A stretch of DNA of 64,000 nucleotides from Clostridiales bacterium (GTDB lineage Bacteria; Bacillota; Clostridia; Saccharofermentanales; Saccharofermentanaceae), in assembly GCA_017513085.1 (NCBI GenBank), contig JAFWDK010000010.1:64001-128000 (forward strand), given 5' to 3'. How positions within the stretch are numbered: the first letter of the stretch is position 1; every line of letters begins with the position of its first letter. A program made the translations under genes and the position numbers. Positions 9,035 through 18,907 of this stretch are shown here, piece by piece. The notes under the pieces are model-generated. The model was not told the DNA's origin. It did no database searches and worked only from the letters and a program-made list of their open reading frames with translations.

Positions 9035-10159
9035 ATGATAAAAGCACTGTTTGTCGATTTTTACGGGACGCTCGTTCATGAAGACGGGGAGATCATAAAG
9101 GAGATCACCAACATCATTCATGACACAGGAAACGGGGCGGCGCCTTCCGAGATCGATTCTTTCTGGTGGAAGGACTTTCAGAACATGTTCGTTTCTTCCT
9201 TTGGCGACAGCTTCGAGCTGCAGCGCGATATCGAGCGAAAAGCACTTGCCCACACGACCGGGAAATTCGAATCTGCGGCAGATGCTTCCGCCTTATGCGA
9301 CCGACTGTTTTCCCAGTGGAGCCGGCCGGAGATTTTTGAAGATACGAAAGAGTTTTTCGATAGATCCCCGCTCCCGATCTATATTGTTTCCAATATTGAT
9401 AACATTGATATCCGTAGTGCCATCGAGTATCACGGACTAAAGCCGGCCGGTGTTTTTACATCGGAAGATGCCAGGTCTTATAAACCGCGAAAAGAACTGT
9501 TCGAGCTGGCGCTTTCCAAGACCGGACTTGATCCGGAGGAAGTGATCCATATCGGAGATTCGGTAAGCAGCGATGTTAAAGGGGCGTCGGCACTGGGGAT
9601 CAGGACTTTGTGGCTGAACCGCTTCGGTAAGGAGGTCCCTTCCGGGGTGACCTCGATTTCCACTCTTCTGGAGGTATTTATGAATTTGGATATTACTATT
9701 CGAAAAGCAACGCTGGATGATCTTCCGGCGCTTCGGGATCTTTATCTGGCGCTGGAGGAAGACGGCGTCCGGTACCAGCCGGAACACTTTGTGATCGGAG
9801 AGAGAACAGACGAATTCTTCCAGTCGATCTTTGACAGTGATACCCAGGATATCCTGGTAGCAGATATCGGCGGCGAAGCAGTCGGATTTGTGCATGTGAT
9901 GATCCTTCAGCAGAAAAAAGTCTCCTGCCTGAAGCCGCAGAGCGTGGTCTATATGCAGGACCTTTGCGTCCGCGAGGATCTTCGTAGCAAAGGCATCGGC
10001 ACCATCTTAGTCAAAGAGGCGAAGAAGTACGGAAAAGAGAAAGGCGTGGATTTTATCCGCACGCAGGTATTCCCCGGAAATGTGGATGGCATGCGCTTTT
10101 ATGAGAGAAACGGCTTCTGCGAGATGATGAAGACCATCGAGTGCCAGTCGCTGGACTAA
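9035..10159 (+). CDS. HAD-family hydrolase fused to GNAT acetyltransferase
   Basis: HAD motifs DFYGTL, SN, KP, HIGDS..SD; then GNAT (VREDLRSKGIG, FYERNGF) from internal ATG 9680. Confidence 0.88.
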   Translation: MIKALFVDFYGTLVHEDGEIIKEITNIIHDTGNGAAPSEIDSFWWKDFQNMFVSSFGDSFELQRDIERKALAHTTGKFESAADASALCDRLFSQWSRPEIFEDTKEFFDRSPLPIYIVSNIDNIDIRSAIEYHGLKPAGVFTSEDARSYKPRKELFELALSKTGLDPEEVIHIGDSVSSDVKGASALGIRTLWLNRFGKEVPSGVTSISTLLEVFMNLDITIRKATLDDLPALRDLYLALEEDGVRYQPEHFVIGERTDEFFQSIFDSDTQDILVADIGGEAVGFVHVMILQQKKVSCLKPQSVVYMQDLCVREDLRSKGIGTILVKEAKKYGKEKGVDFIRTQVFPGNVDGMRFYERNGFCEMMKTIECQSLD

Positions 10160-10265
10160 ACGCTTAGCGGTGCTGGACCCCCTAGTAATCTTTACTAACT
10201 CCCTATCAAGACTGAACTCCCCCCCTTAGTGATTAAAGTTTGAATGTAATCAGCAAAATCTTTTG

Positions 10266-10295
10266 TTGACAAAAACTAATGATCGTTAGTATAAT
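10266..10295 (+). promoter_or_regulatory. Sigma-A promoter with overlapping TetR-type palindromic operator
   Basis: TTGACA-18bp-TATAAT; imperfect palindrome ACTAATGATCGTTAGT at 10275-10290, directly upstream of a TetR gene. Confidence 0.8.
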
Positions 10296-10331
10296 CTCTA
10301 ACGAATGAAAGCAAATGTGAGGTCGATGAGA

Positions 10332-10961
10332 ATGAGCAGAAAAGAAGAGATCATCTACGCGACGCTGGAACTTGCCTCTGCAAACGGCATGAAAGGTGTG
10401 TCTATGTCGCAGATCGCAGAGAAGGTGGGGATCAAGGCACCATCAATTTATAACCACTTCAAGTCGAAGGACGAGATCATCCAGGAGATGTACCGTTTTC
10501 TTCGCGAGCAGGCGCTGAAAAACAGCAGGACGGCTCCTCTGGATTATGCCGCGATGTTTGAGAAGAAGAGCCTTCAGGAGATCCTTATGGGTTCTCTTTC
10601 TGCTTATATGGGGATCGTGTCTGATAAAGATATGCTCCGGTTCTTCAAGGTCCTTTATTCCGAACGATCCACAAATCCGGTCGCCGCGAAGATCATGGTG
10701 GAAGAGACGGAACGGATGCTTTCCCAGTCCAGGGATCTATTCTACGCCTTGGCCGTGCACGGAAAAATCCGAAACGAGAATGTGGATATGGCCTCGATGA
10801 CATATTCGCTCACCATGCACTCACTGATCGATTACCGGATGGATCAGATCACATCCGGAGAAGAAAAAAGATTTGGCGACGGGAAAAGCACTGTCCCCAA
10901 GAATATCACGGAGTTTGTGAAATGGTTTAGCTTTCAGCTGGCAGTACCGGAAAAAAGATAA
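10332..10961 (+). CDS. TetR/AcrR-family transcriptional regulator
   Basis: HTH SMSQIAEKVGIKAPSIYNHFKSKDEI. Start could be 10305, 10326 or 10332. Confidence 0.92.
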   Translation: MSRKEEIIYATLELASANGMKGVSMSQIAEKVGIKAPSIYNHFKSKDEIIQEMYRFLREQALKNSRTAPLDYAAMFEKKSLQEILMGSLSAYMGIVSDKDMLRFFKVLYSERSTNPVAAKIMVEETERMLSQSRDLFYALAVHGKIRNENVDMASMTYSLTMHSLIDYRMDQITSGEEKRFGDGKSTVPKNITEFVKWFSFQLAVPEKR

Positions 10962-10981
10962 AAGAAAGAGATGAAAAACAC

Positions 10982-11668
10982 ATGCAAAATGAAATGACGA
11001 TGAATGTAGATACGAATGCAAAAAAGAAACTGATCAACTGGATCGGGCTCCTGGGTATAGTGGCATTTCTGTCCTATCTGGCGGCATTGATCTTTTCGCC
11101 ACTGGATTTCCCAGGTTATAACTGGATGGAACAGGCAGCCAGTGACCTGTCTGCGGATTCCGCGCCATCTCGGCATCTCTGGGAGCAGCTGTCTGCATTT
11201 TATGATGCCGGAAGTGTCGTATGTGCCACCTGTATCGCGATCTATGTGTCGGAGAAGAAGATCTCCACGAAACTGTTCCGCCTTGGCATTTACCTTTTTA
11301 CGATCATGAACTGGGTCTCGAAGGTGGGATACCAGATGTTTGCCCTTTCCGATTCGGGAAAGGATATTGCCGGATTTCAGGAAACGATGCATATGGTAGT
11401 CACAGCGATTGTTGTGGTTCTCTCTATCGTATCTTTGATCATGCTGATCGTATCGGGATGCCGGCATAAGGAAGTCCGAGGCCCCGGGATCTGGGCGGCG
11501 ATCGCACTTGCCATGATGTTCATGGGTCCCATCGGGATGGGTGCTTTTCCCGCTAAATACTTCGGCATATTCGAAAGATTCAGTACTGTTGCGGCAGTCG
11601 GATATAATGCCGTACTGGGTGTATATCTGTTTCAAGGTTTCCGAATCTCTCAGAAATCTGAAGATTAA
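10982..11668 (+). CDS. Multi-pass membrane protein, DUF998-like
   Basis: About six TM segments; PGYNWMEQAASDL and GIFERF motifs. Confidence 0.7.
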   Translation: MQNEMTMNVDTNAKKKLINWIGLLGIVAFLSYLAALIFSPLDFPGYNWMEQAASDLSADSAPSRHLWEQLSAFYDAGSVVCATCIAIYVSEKKISTKLFRLGIYLFTIMNWVSKVGYQMFALSDSGKDIAGFQETMHMVVTAIVVVLSIVSLIMLIVSGCRHKEVRGPGIWAAIALAMMFMGPIGMGAFPAKYFGIFERFSTVAAVGYNAVLGVYLFQGFRISQKSED

Positions 11669-11745
11669 CGGAGAGAACACGGATCCTTTTATACTACGAA
11701 GCTGTTTCTCGAAAATGAGATGAGATGATATACTCAACTTAGTTC

Positions 11746-11776
11746 GGATGGAGAACTGTCCGGACTAAGTTTTTTA
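11746..11776 (+). terminator. Rho-independent terminator
   Basis: aacttagttcgga...tccggactaagtt stem followed by a T-run. Confidence 0.7.
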
Positions 11777-11814
11777 TTTCGACATATCGTTTGGCATTCG
11801 CAAGGGGAACGTAG

Positions 11815-12456
11815 ATGGATAAACACTTATTTTTTGAAAACGCCTACTTCGTGATCGGTACTTCCTATGCCGGGAAGTCCACGATGGTAAAAGAACTTGC
11901 AAAGAAACATAACGGGATCGCCTGTGAGGAGAACTATCACGATAACTATCCGGAGAAACTGGATAAAGAAGAGTTTCCTTGTCTGACGTATACGCGTGAT
12001 CTGGTGGACTGGCATGATTTTATCCGCCGTTCTCCGCAGGAATATAAGGACTGGATCGACGGCGCCAAGAGAGAAAGCGGAATACTCGAACTTCGAATGC
12101 TGCCGGAGATCTGCAGTAAAGGAAAGCCTGTGTTTGTGGATACGAATATCAGCCTGGATGACCTTCGTGTGATCACACCGAAGAACCATGTCGTCGTCCT
12201 TCTTTCGGATCCGCAGATCTCGATCCACCGCTTCTTCGACCGTCCGGACCCGGAGAAGCAGTTCTTGTATAAGCTGATGCTGGAAGAGCCGGATCCGGAG
12301 GCGGCACTGGCCAATTATCGAAAAGGCCTGGAACTGATCTGTTCACAGGAAGCCTATGATACACTTCTGAACTCCGGATTTGCCGTTATTCATCGTGATG
12401 AGAACAGAACGATCGAACAGACCGCCGCGCTCATAGACGAGATTTTCGGGTTATAA
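11815..12456 (+). CDS. P-loop kinase-like protein
   Basis: N-terminal Walker A GTSYAGKST. Confidence 0.75.
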   Translation: MDKHLFFENAYFVIGTSYAGKSTMVKELAKKHNGIACEENYHDNYPEKLDKEEFPCLTYTRDLVDWHDFIRRSPQEYKDWIDGAKRESGILELRMLPEICSKGKPVFVDTNISLDDLRVITPKNHVVVLLSDPQISIHRFFDRPDPEKQFLYKLMLEEPDPEAALANYRKGLELICSQEAYDTLLNSGFAVIHRDENRTIEQTAALIDEIFGL

Positions 12457-12483
12457 TGTGATCATTACATAGGAAGGAAGATC

Positions 12484-13437
12484 ATGATGAAGTCGGATTT
12501 CTTTTCAGGATTAGCGGAGAATAATAGAGAGCTGCTTCTGAAGGTCCCGATGAGTGATATTCATAATCACTCTACGAAGGGATGCAGACGCAGCTGGCTG
12601 GCGGAACAATTAAATATGGTTCTGCCGGAGCCTCCTGAAAAGTTCGATGGCCTTTCCGGTATGCAGGAATGGTTCACGAGAGAGATCAAGCCATACTGCA
12701 CCGGCAAAGAAGGCATCATACTCCGGTGGGAAGGTGCTTTTGCCGAGGCGAAAAGAAACAACATCGTACGGCTTGCGATGAACTTCGGCGTGACGGAGAT
12801 CGATCTGGTCGGCGGAATGGAGCCGTTTCGGAAAATGATCGACGGATTTCATCAGAAGCATTGTCCGGACACGGTATTCGAGCCGGAGATCACCTATATC
12901 TTGCTATGTAATGTGGAAGCAGAGACCGAAAGGATGGATCAGTTCGTTTCAGACGGATACTTCCGATCCATCGATGTCTGCGGCGGAGAAAACCTGCGGC
13001 CAATCGAAGATTTCCTGCCGCTCTATCGGAAAGCGGAGCAATATCATCTGGTCAAGAAGATGCATGTCGGAGAAAGCGGGCCGGCGGAAGATATCCGTAA
13101 AGCCGTGGAAATCCTGGGCCTGGATGAGGTCCACCACGGGATCCGCGCGGCCGATTCGAAAGACGTGATGCGCTTCCTAGCCGAGAACAAGATTCAGCTG
13201 AATGTGTGCCCGAGCAGTAACGTGATGCTGGGATATGCACGTAGTTTCAAAGACCATCCAATCAAGGTGCTCTTCGAAAGCGGGGTCAAGGTGACGATCA
13301 ACACAGACGATCTACTGATCTTTGACAGCTCGATCGAAAACGAATACCTGCTTTTATACCGCGCGTGTGTACTTAGTGCAGAACAATTAAATGAGATACG
13401 ATTGCTGGGCAACAGACCACGATCGAGAAGTATCTGA
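12484..13437 (+). CDS. Adenosine deaminase family metallohydrolase
   Basis: DIHNH, MHVGE, HHG, VCPSSN, INTDD motifs. Confidence 0.88.
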   Translation: MMKSDFFSGLAENNRELLLKVPMSDIHNHSTKGCRRSWLAEQLNMVLPEPPEKFDGLSGMQEWFTREIKPYCTGKEGIILRWEGAFAEAKRNNIVRLAMNFGVTEIDLVGGMEPFRKMIDGFHQKHCPDTVFEPEITYILLCNVEAETERMDQFVSDGYFRSIDVCGGENLRPIEDFLPLYRKAEQYHLVKKMHVGESGPAEDIRKAVEILGLDEVHHGIRAADSKDVMRFLAENKIQLNVCPSSNVMLGYARSFKDHPIKVLFESGVKVTINTDDLLIFDSSIENEYLLLYRACVLSAEQLNEIRLLGNRPRSRSI

Positions 13438-13523
13438 AGAAGTCGAAGCATTATACTTAGAAGACTTTGACAGATCCCCGAAGAATCACTACGATGAGAA
13501 GAGAATGTGTAAAGGAGATCTAC

Positions 13524-14315
13524 ATGCTGACCAAAGAAGATATCTTCCGTTTTCTTCAAGAGGCGGGAATCAAACACGATGATAAGGTAACGATCCACTG
13601 TTCGCTCCGTTCGATTGGAAAAATCGAGAATGGGGCAGATGGATTGATCGATGCTTTCTGCGAATACATGAAAAACGGTCTCTTTATTGTACCGACGCAC
13701 ACATGGAATAAGGTGTGGAGAGAGACTCCCTATTACGATGTCAGATCAACGGTTCCGGATATCGGGACACTTGCCGAGGTCGCTGCTTTTCGAAAAGATG
13801 GCGTACGGTCTCTGCATCCGACCCACTCTGTGACGGTCTTCGGAAAAGGCGCGGAAGAGTTTGTAAAGGGAGAGGAGAAGTGTGGATCTCCGGCGCCTGT
13901 CGGAAGCTGTATCAGCCGCCTCTACGAAGAAGGCGGAAAAGTCCTTCTGGTCGGTGTCGGCCATGAGAGAAACACGTATCTTCACTCGGTGGATGAACGC
14001 CTGAAGATCCCGGACCGTCTGAATCCGAATCCTTTCGAGATCACGATCATCGACCACCAGGGGCGCGAACTGAAATCGCCTCCGTTTCACTCGCACTACA
14101 CGGCGGCCGCTGACCGCTGCGTCTCCGAATATTATCCGAACTATAAAGAAGCTTTTGAGTACAAAGGGGCGGTGACGTATAGTAAACTCGGCAACGCGCT
14201 GGTATATGTTTGCGACTGTAGGAAAATGACGGACACCCTTAAAACGATGTGGGAACGCACAGATCGGGATCTATGCATCTCGGCAGATCCGATCCCGAGG
14301 GAACTTTATGAATGA
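13524..14315 (+). CDS. Aminoglycoside N(3)-acetyltransferase family protein (AAC(3)/YokD-like)
   Basis: IHCSLRSIG, VPTHTW, RSLHPTHS, LLVGVGHERNTYLH motifs; AAAGGAG RBS before ATG 13524. Confidence 0.88.
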   Translation: MLTKEDIFRFLQEAGIKHDDKVTIHCSLRSIGKIENGADGLIDAFCEYMKNGLFIVPTHTWNKVWRETPYYDVRSTVPDIGTLAEVAAFRKDGVRSLHPTHSVTVFGKGAEEFVKGEEKCGSPAPVGSCISRLYEEGGKVLLVGVGHERNTYLHSVDERLKIPDRLNPNPFEITIIDHQGRELKSPPFHSHYTAAADRCVSEYYPNYKEAFEYKGAVTYSKLGNALVYVCDCRKMTDTLKTMWERTDRDLCISADPIPRELYE

Positions 14316-14331
14316 TGGCAGGGAGTTCACT

Positions 14332-14805
14332 ATGGAAATTACGTATAGAAAACTCACAGAGAATGAACTGGGCGAGATCATTAGAATGAGGATCGACCAG
14401 CTGACGGAGGAATATACTGAAGTAGGCAGGACCGTGCCGGAGGGTGTGGATCTGGAGGAATCCCTGATGGATTTCTATAAGAGGAACCTGGCGGCCGGCA
14501 CGTATGTCTCGTGGCTTGCCTTTGACGGCGATAAGATCGTCGGGACAAGCGGGATGTCCTTCGCGGAGAAGCCGCCCTATTTTACCTGTCCGACCGGAAG
14601 ACTGGGGATTCTGTCGAGTATGTACACGGATCCGGACTACAGAAGGATGGGAATAGCTTCCGAACTTCTTAAAAGAGTTGTCCAGGAAGCCAAGGACTAT
14701 GGCTGCGGGACGATCTACATCACGGCATCGGATGTGGGCGTGAAACTTTATGAGGCGAACGGCTTCAAGCATAACGGGAATTTTCTGCAGTATAATTTTG
14801 TGTGA
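14332..14805 (+). CDS. GNAT-family N-acetyltransferase
   Basis: MYTDPDYRRMGIA, GVKLYEANGF. Confidence 0.9.
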   Translation: MEITYRKLTENELGEIIRMRIDQLTEEYTEVGRTVPEGVDLEESLMDFYKRNLAAGTYVSWLAFDGDKIVGTSGMSFAEKPPYFTCPTGRLGILSSMYTDPDYRRMGIASELLKRVVQEAKDYGCGTIYITASDVGVKLYEANGFKHNGNFLQYNFV

Positions 14806-14821
14806 CAGGTGGTACAGTAAT

Positions 14822-15385
14822 ATGCTTATACATACAGGAACCCGGACAATTGAGACGGAACGGCTGATCCTTCGCCGCTTCGAGTATTCGGATATTGATT
14901 CCATGATCCGTAACTGGATCGCGGATGAGAAGACGCAGTGGGATTATGGCGAGCCGTGTTATACGACCCCTGAAGCCGTCCGTGAACTTCTGGATACGAA
15001 GTATATTGTCTCTTACGCCAGAGAAGACTATTACCGTTGGGCTGTGATCGAGAAAGAATCAGGCGAATGCATCGGGCAGATCGCCTATTTTACAGTAGAT
15101 ACTAAGAATCAACATGGTGAGATCGAGTACGTGATCGGACCGTCGTTTCAGGGGCGTGGGTATGCCACCGAGATGACCAAAGCCGTCATCGCATTCGGGT
15201 TTGAAAAGATCAACTTCCACCGGATCGAGATCGACTGCCGGACAGAAAACGAAGCCTCCCGAAAAGTGATCGAGAAGTGCGGCCTGACATATGAAGGTGT
15301 CTTCCGAGATTTCTTCTGGAGATCTGATCACTACGAAGGACGAAGAGTATTCTCTATTTTGAAAGAGGAGTGGAAAGGCCAATGA
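14822..15385 (+). CDS. RimJ/RimL-type GNAT acetyltransferase
   Basis: IETERLILRRF, FQGRGYATE, NEASRKVIEKCG. Confidence 0.9.
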   Translation: MLIHTGTRTIETERLILRRFEYSDIDSMIRNWIADEKTQWDYGEPCYTTPEAVRELLDTKYIVSYAREDYYRWAVIEKESGECIGQIAYFTVDTKNQHGEIEYVIGPSFQGRGYATEMTKAVIAFGFEKINFHRIEIDCRTENEASRKVIEKCGLTYEGVFRDFFWRSDHYEGRRVFSILKEEWKGQ

Positions 15386-15975
15386 CAGAAAAAGAAAAGG
15401 CACAGGCCGGGTACTTATATAACGCCAACTATGATGAAGAGATATTGAAAGATATCTACGCATGCAATGATCTGTGCTATGAGTTTAATCAGATCAGACC
15501 ATCTGACCGAGAAGCGCAGGCGAAGCTTTTAGCGAAGATTTTCGGTACTATGGGGAAAAATGTATATGTAAATGCTCCGTTCTGGTGTGATTACGGATAC
15601 AACACGACGGTCGGCGATTATTTCTTTGCCAATCGTAATTGTCAGATCTTAGATGGCGGTAAGGTCACATTCGGGGACCATGTTTTTATCGCACCTAATT
15701 GTACTTTTACGACGGCCGAACATGCCTTGGATGCACAGCAGAGAAATGCGGGCCTTGAGGTTGCGCTACCTATCTCTATCGGGAATAATGTCTGGATCGG
15801 CGCAGGTGTTACTGTTCTCGGAGGCGTGACGATCGGAGATAATACGGTGATTGGGGCCGGAAGTGTAGTGACGAAAGATATTCCTTCAAATGTTGTCGCG
15901 GTAGGTGTTCCGTGCCGGGTCCAAAGAGAAATTACAGAGGAAGATAAGAAAAGGTATCCGATCTTCGAGGAATAA
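15382..15975 (+). CDS. Maltose/galactoside O-acetyltransferase (hexapeptide repeat)
   Basis: PFWCDYGYN, IGNNVWIGAGVTVLGGVTIGDNTVIGAGSVVTKDIP. Confidence 0.92.
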   Translation: MTEKEKAQAGYLYNANYDEEILKDIYACNDLCYEFNQIRPSDREAQAKLLAKIFGTMGKNVYVNAPFWCDYGYNTTVGDYFFANRNCQILDGGKVTFGDHVFIAPNCTFTTAEHALDAQQRNAGLEVALPISIGNNVWIGAGVTVLGGVTIGDNTVIGAGSVVTKDIPSNVVAVGVPCRVQREITEEDKKRYPIFEE

Positions 15976-16010
15976 GGGAAAAACGTATTCAAAGATCAAT
16001 AAGGCGATTG

Positions 16011-16041
16011 AAAGCAGTCCGAAGAATCTTCGGCTGCTTTT
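16011..16041 (+). terminator. Rho-independent terminator, followed by TGnTATAAT of the next operon
   Basis: aaagcagtccgaag-aat-cttcggctgctttt hairpin. Confidence 0.6.
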
Positions 16042-16096
16042 CTGTTATAATCGTTAGAGGAAACTTATTACTAGGGTGAGAGGATTATCAGTACCG

Positions 16097-16996
16097 ATGA
16101 GCAACGGATGGGTCAAAACGTTGAAGACCTTGAATTTTATAGGCGGGAAGGCGTGTTCAGAAGAGGAGATCAAGCGTCATCGGAAACTTGCTGAGTGGGC
16201 AGGCCGGATGGCGACGCCGAAAGGGAATGTGAAACGAAGAAGTTTCCGGATAGAAAGTGTTTCTTGCGAAGAATTCACGCCTTTATCCAAGCACGATCCT
16301 GATTATGTGATTCTCTACTGTCATGGCGGAGGATATGTCAGCGGTGGTCTTGGATATGCCGGGAATCTCTCTACGAAACTGGCCATGGCAACGGGGTTCA
16401 CGGTTTATTCTTTCGATTACCGGCTGGCGCCGGAACATCCTTACCCGGCTGCATCAGAGGATGCAACAACTGTCTGGAACTATCTAGTTGAAAAAGTAGC
16501 TGAAGCAGATCATGTGTTATTAGCCGGCGATTCGGCAGGCGGAAATATGGCGCTGGGCCTGACTCAGAGACTGATCTCGGAAGGGAAACCTGCGCCACGG
16601 GAACTTCTTTTATTTAGCCCCTGGACAGATATGACCGGAACATCCGAGTCCTATGAAACCAATCAGGACATCGATCCGATCCTTACGAAGGAATTTGTGA
16701 TGAATTCTGCCAAAGCCTATATGGGAGAAAAAGATCCGACAGATCCGGCATTCAGTCCGTTGTTCGGAAGCTTTGAACATTTCCCTCCTGTTTACATCAT
16801 GGCCGGAAGAAACGGGATCCTTTTAGATGATAGTGTTAAACTTAAAGAAAAGATAGATTCATCCGGTGGAAAGGCAGAACTTGATATTGAAGAGAAAGGA
16901 TGGCATGTGTACCAGCAGATGCCCGGCTCTATGGCGAAAAAAGCCATGAAACGGCTTGCTGAGCATGTATCATACGAGATCTATGGGAAGCGATAA
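16097..16996 (+). CDS. Alpha/beta hydrolase, HSL-family esterase
   Basis: HGGGY, DYRLAPEHPYPA, GDSAGG, WHVY motifs. Confidence 0.9.
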   Translation: MSNGWVKTLKTLNFIGGKACSEEEIKRHRKLAEWAGRMATPKGNVKRRSFRIESVSCEEFTPLSKHDPDYVILYCHGGGYVSGGLGYAGNLSTKLAMATGFTVYSFDYRLAPEHPYPAASEDATTVWNYLVEKVAEADHVLLAGDSAGGNMALGLTQRLISEGKPAPRELLLFSPWTDMTGTSESYETNQDIDPILTKEFVMNSAKAYMGEKDPTDPAFSPLFGSFEHFPPVYIMAGRNGILLDDSVKLKEKIDSSGGKAELDIEEKGWHVYQQMPGSMAKKAMKRLAEHVSYEIYGKR

Positions 16997-18233
16997 TTGG
17001 TACAAAGTTGATAACGTTTCAAAGGTGTTTCTGGCAACTCTTGGGAAGCGTGACACCCGGTCGTTTCGCCTTAGCTGTACGCTGAAGGAGGAGATTGATC
17101 CGGAACTGTTGCAACAGGCGGTGAATTCAGCCATCGAAGACCGTCCGCAGGTTCAGGTGAGGATCCGCCGTGGTATTTTCTGGCATTATATGGAAGACAC
17201 GGATCTTACGCCGGTGGTGAAACAGGAAGATGATCGGATCTGCCCGCTTCTATATGTTCCGTCCAAAACGATGCTTCACTACCAGGTGACCTATTTCGGG
17301 AATCGGATCAATCTGGAGATTTCACATGTTCTGGCTGACGGAACAGGTGCCATGGAATTTCTGAATATCATCGTACTCGATTATCTCAGAAGAAAGTATC
17401 CCGGTGAGCTTTCGGATATTACCGTCCACTCCGGTGCCTCGGAGGGGGATCTGAGTCAGGATAGTTACCGCCAGTTCTTCGGGAGCAAGAATCTCTCCCA
17501 CGGACCGGCCCGAAAGAAGGCATATCAATTAGGTGGACTGAAACTTCCTTACCATCAGCTGCAGTTCTTCGAGATCCATCTTCCGACCTCGCAGATCCTT
17601 CCTCGGGCAAAAGAACTGAAGGTTTCGCTGACAAGTTACCTGGGTGCGCTCTGGATGCTTGCGATCCGTGATGAGATGCCACCCAGAAAACGAGATCTTC
17701 CGGTGACGATATCTCTTCCCGTTAACCTTCGGAATTACTATCCCTCGAAGACGGCCCGTAACTTCTTCAACAGCGTGAACGTAACGCATGTCTTTGACAA
17801 TGAGATCACGTTGGAGGAACTGGCTGCGGAATTTGATGCATCTTTTAAGAGCCAGCTGACTGAGGAAAATGTGAAGAAACAGATGGACAGCTTCGAAACG
17901 ATGGAGTATGTGGCTCCTGTTCGGGTGGTGCCGCTATTTATCAAGCAGTGGGTGGTGCGTCATTTTACGAAGAAGTCGAATAAGAAGGTGTCTATGACTT
18001 TTTCGAACATGGGCGTGCAGAAGCCTCCCAAGTCACTTGGAGAGCGGATAGAAAACTACAGTGGTTTTTGCAGCACGAATACTATCTTTTCCACCATGTT
18101 CGGCTACGGGGAGCATCTGACCCTCGGAGTTTCTTTGGCGTATATGAATACCGGTGTCGTGAAAAATTTTGTGCGGTTCCTCTCTGCGTCCGGAGTGGAC
18201 ATCACCGTAAGTGCAACGGAGGTGATCAAATGA
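16983..18233 (+). CDS. Alcohol acetyltransferase / condensation-domain-like CoA-dependent acyltransferase
   Basis: HxxxDG motif (SHVLADG), PVNLR and FSNMG motifs. Confidence 0.8.
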   Translation: MGSDNWYKVDNVSKVFLATLGKRDTRSFRLSCTLKEEIDPELLQQAVNSAIEDRPQVQVRIRRGIFWHYMEDTDLTPVVKQEDDRICPLLYVPSKTMLHYQVTYFGNRINLEISHVLADGTGAMEFLNIIVLDYLRRKYPGELSDITVHSGASEGDLSQDSYRQFFGSKNLSHGPARKKAYQLGGLKLPYHQLQFFEIHLPTSQILPRAKELKVSLTSYLGALWMLAIRDEMPPRKRDLPVTISLPVNLRNYYPSKTARNFFNSVNVTHVFDNEITLEELAAEFDASFKSQLTEENVKKQMDSFETMEYVAPVRVVPLFIKQWVVRHFTKKSNKKVSMTFSNMGVQKPPKSLGERIENYSGFCSTNTIFSTMFGYGEHLTLGVSLAYMNTGVVKNFVRFLSASGVDITVSATEVIK

Positions 18234-18898
18234 GACGGTGCCCTTATTGTAAAGTCGGGATCGAGGGGGATCTTATGAAATGCCCGCTGTGCCAGAGCAA
18301 GCTTTCAGGCGACGGCGAAGATCCCTGTTATCCGAAGTTTGAAGCGCAGAAGAAGCGGTCACTCTTTTATAAGATCCAGCTGTTTGTCGTCTGGGGACTG
18401 CTGATTGCAGGAATCGGTCTTGATTTTATGGTCGGACTTCGGATCTCGGGTTTCCCGAAACTTCACTGGAGCCTTCTTCTGGCCATGTGGCTTATGGGGT
18501 TTGAGTTCGGCATTATGCGACAGTTTAAGCCCGGTACCGGATCGGCAGGCAAGGTGACCATGCTGGTACTGATCACGATCGCGATGTGGTGTGTTACCGC
18601 ATATTATCTCGGTTTCATGAAGATCACGATCGATCTGGTGGTCCCGAGTGCTCTGACGGCGACGAGTATTGCGAATTTCGTTTTGGCGATGATCGATAAA
18701 AACGGCAATACGATGTCTTACCTTCTTTCCGGATTACTCATGGGAGTCGTTCCGAGTATCGTATATTACTTTGCGAGTGCGAAAATGCCGATCGCCTGGG
18801 TCATCTGCCTGATGGTCAGTGTCATCCTTTTTGCAGGCGCCGTTATATTCAAGGGAAGAGCTGTGGCAGCTGAGCTCCAGAGACGCTTCCATGTGTAG
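18230..18898 (+). CDS. Zn-ribbon membrane protein (DUF6320-like)
   Basis: CPYC...CPLC at the N-terminus, then about six TM helices; ATGA overlap with the upstream gene. Confidence 0.7.
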   Translation: MRRCPYCKVGIEGDLMKCPLCQSKLSGDGEDPCYPKFEAQKKRSLFYKIQLFVVWGLLIAGIGLDFMVGLRISGFPKLHWSLLLAMWLMGFEFGIMRQFKPGTGSAGKVTMLVLITIAMWCVTAYYLGFMKITIDLVVPSALTATSIANFVLAMIDKNGNTMSYLLSGLLMGVVPSIVYYFASAKMPIAWVICLMVSVILFAGAVIFKGRAVAAELQRRFHV

Positions 18899-18907
18899 GA
18901 GATAGAT

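Noticed and set aside
10160-10260. C-rich spacer as a possible sRNA or riboswitch
   Set aside because: No convincing secondary structure or known motif recognised by eye.
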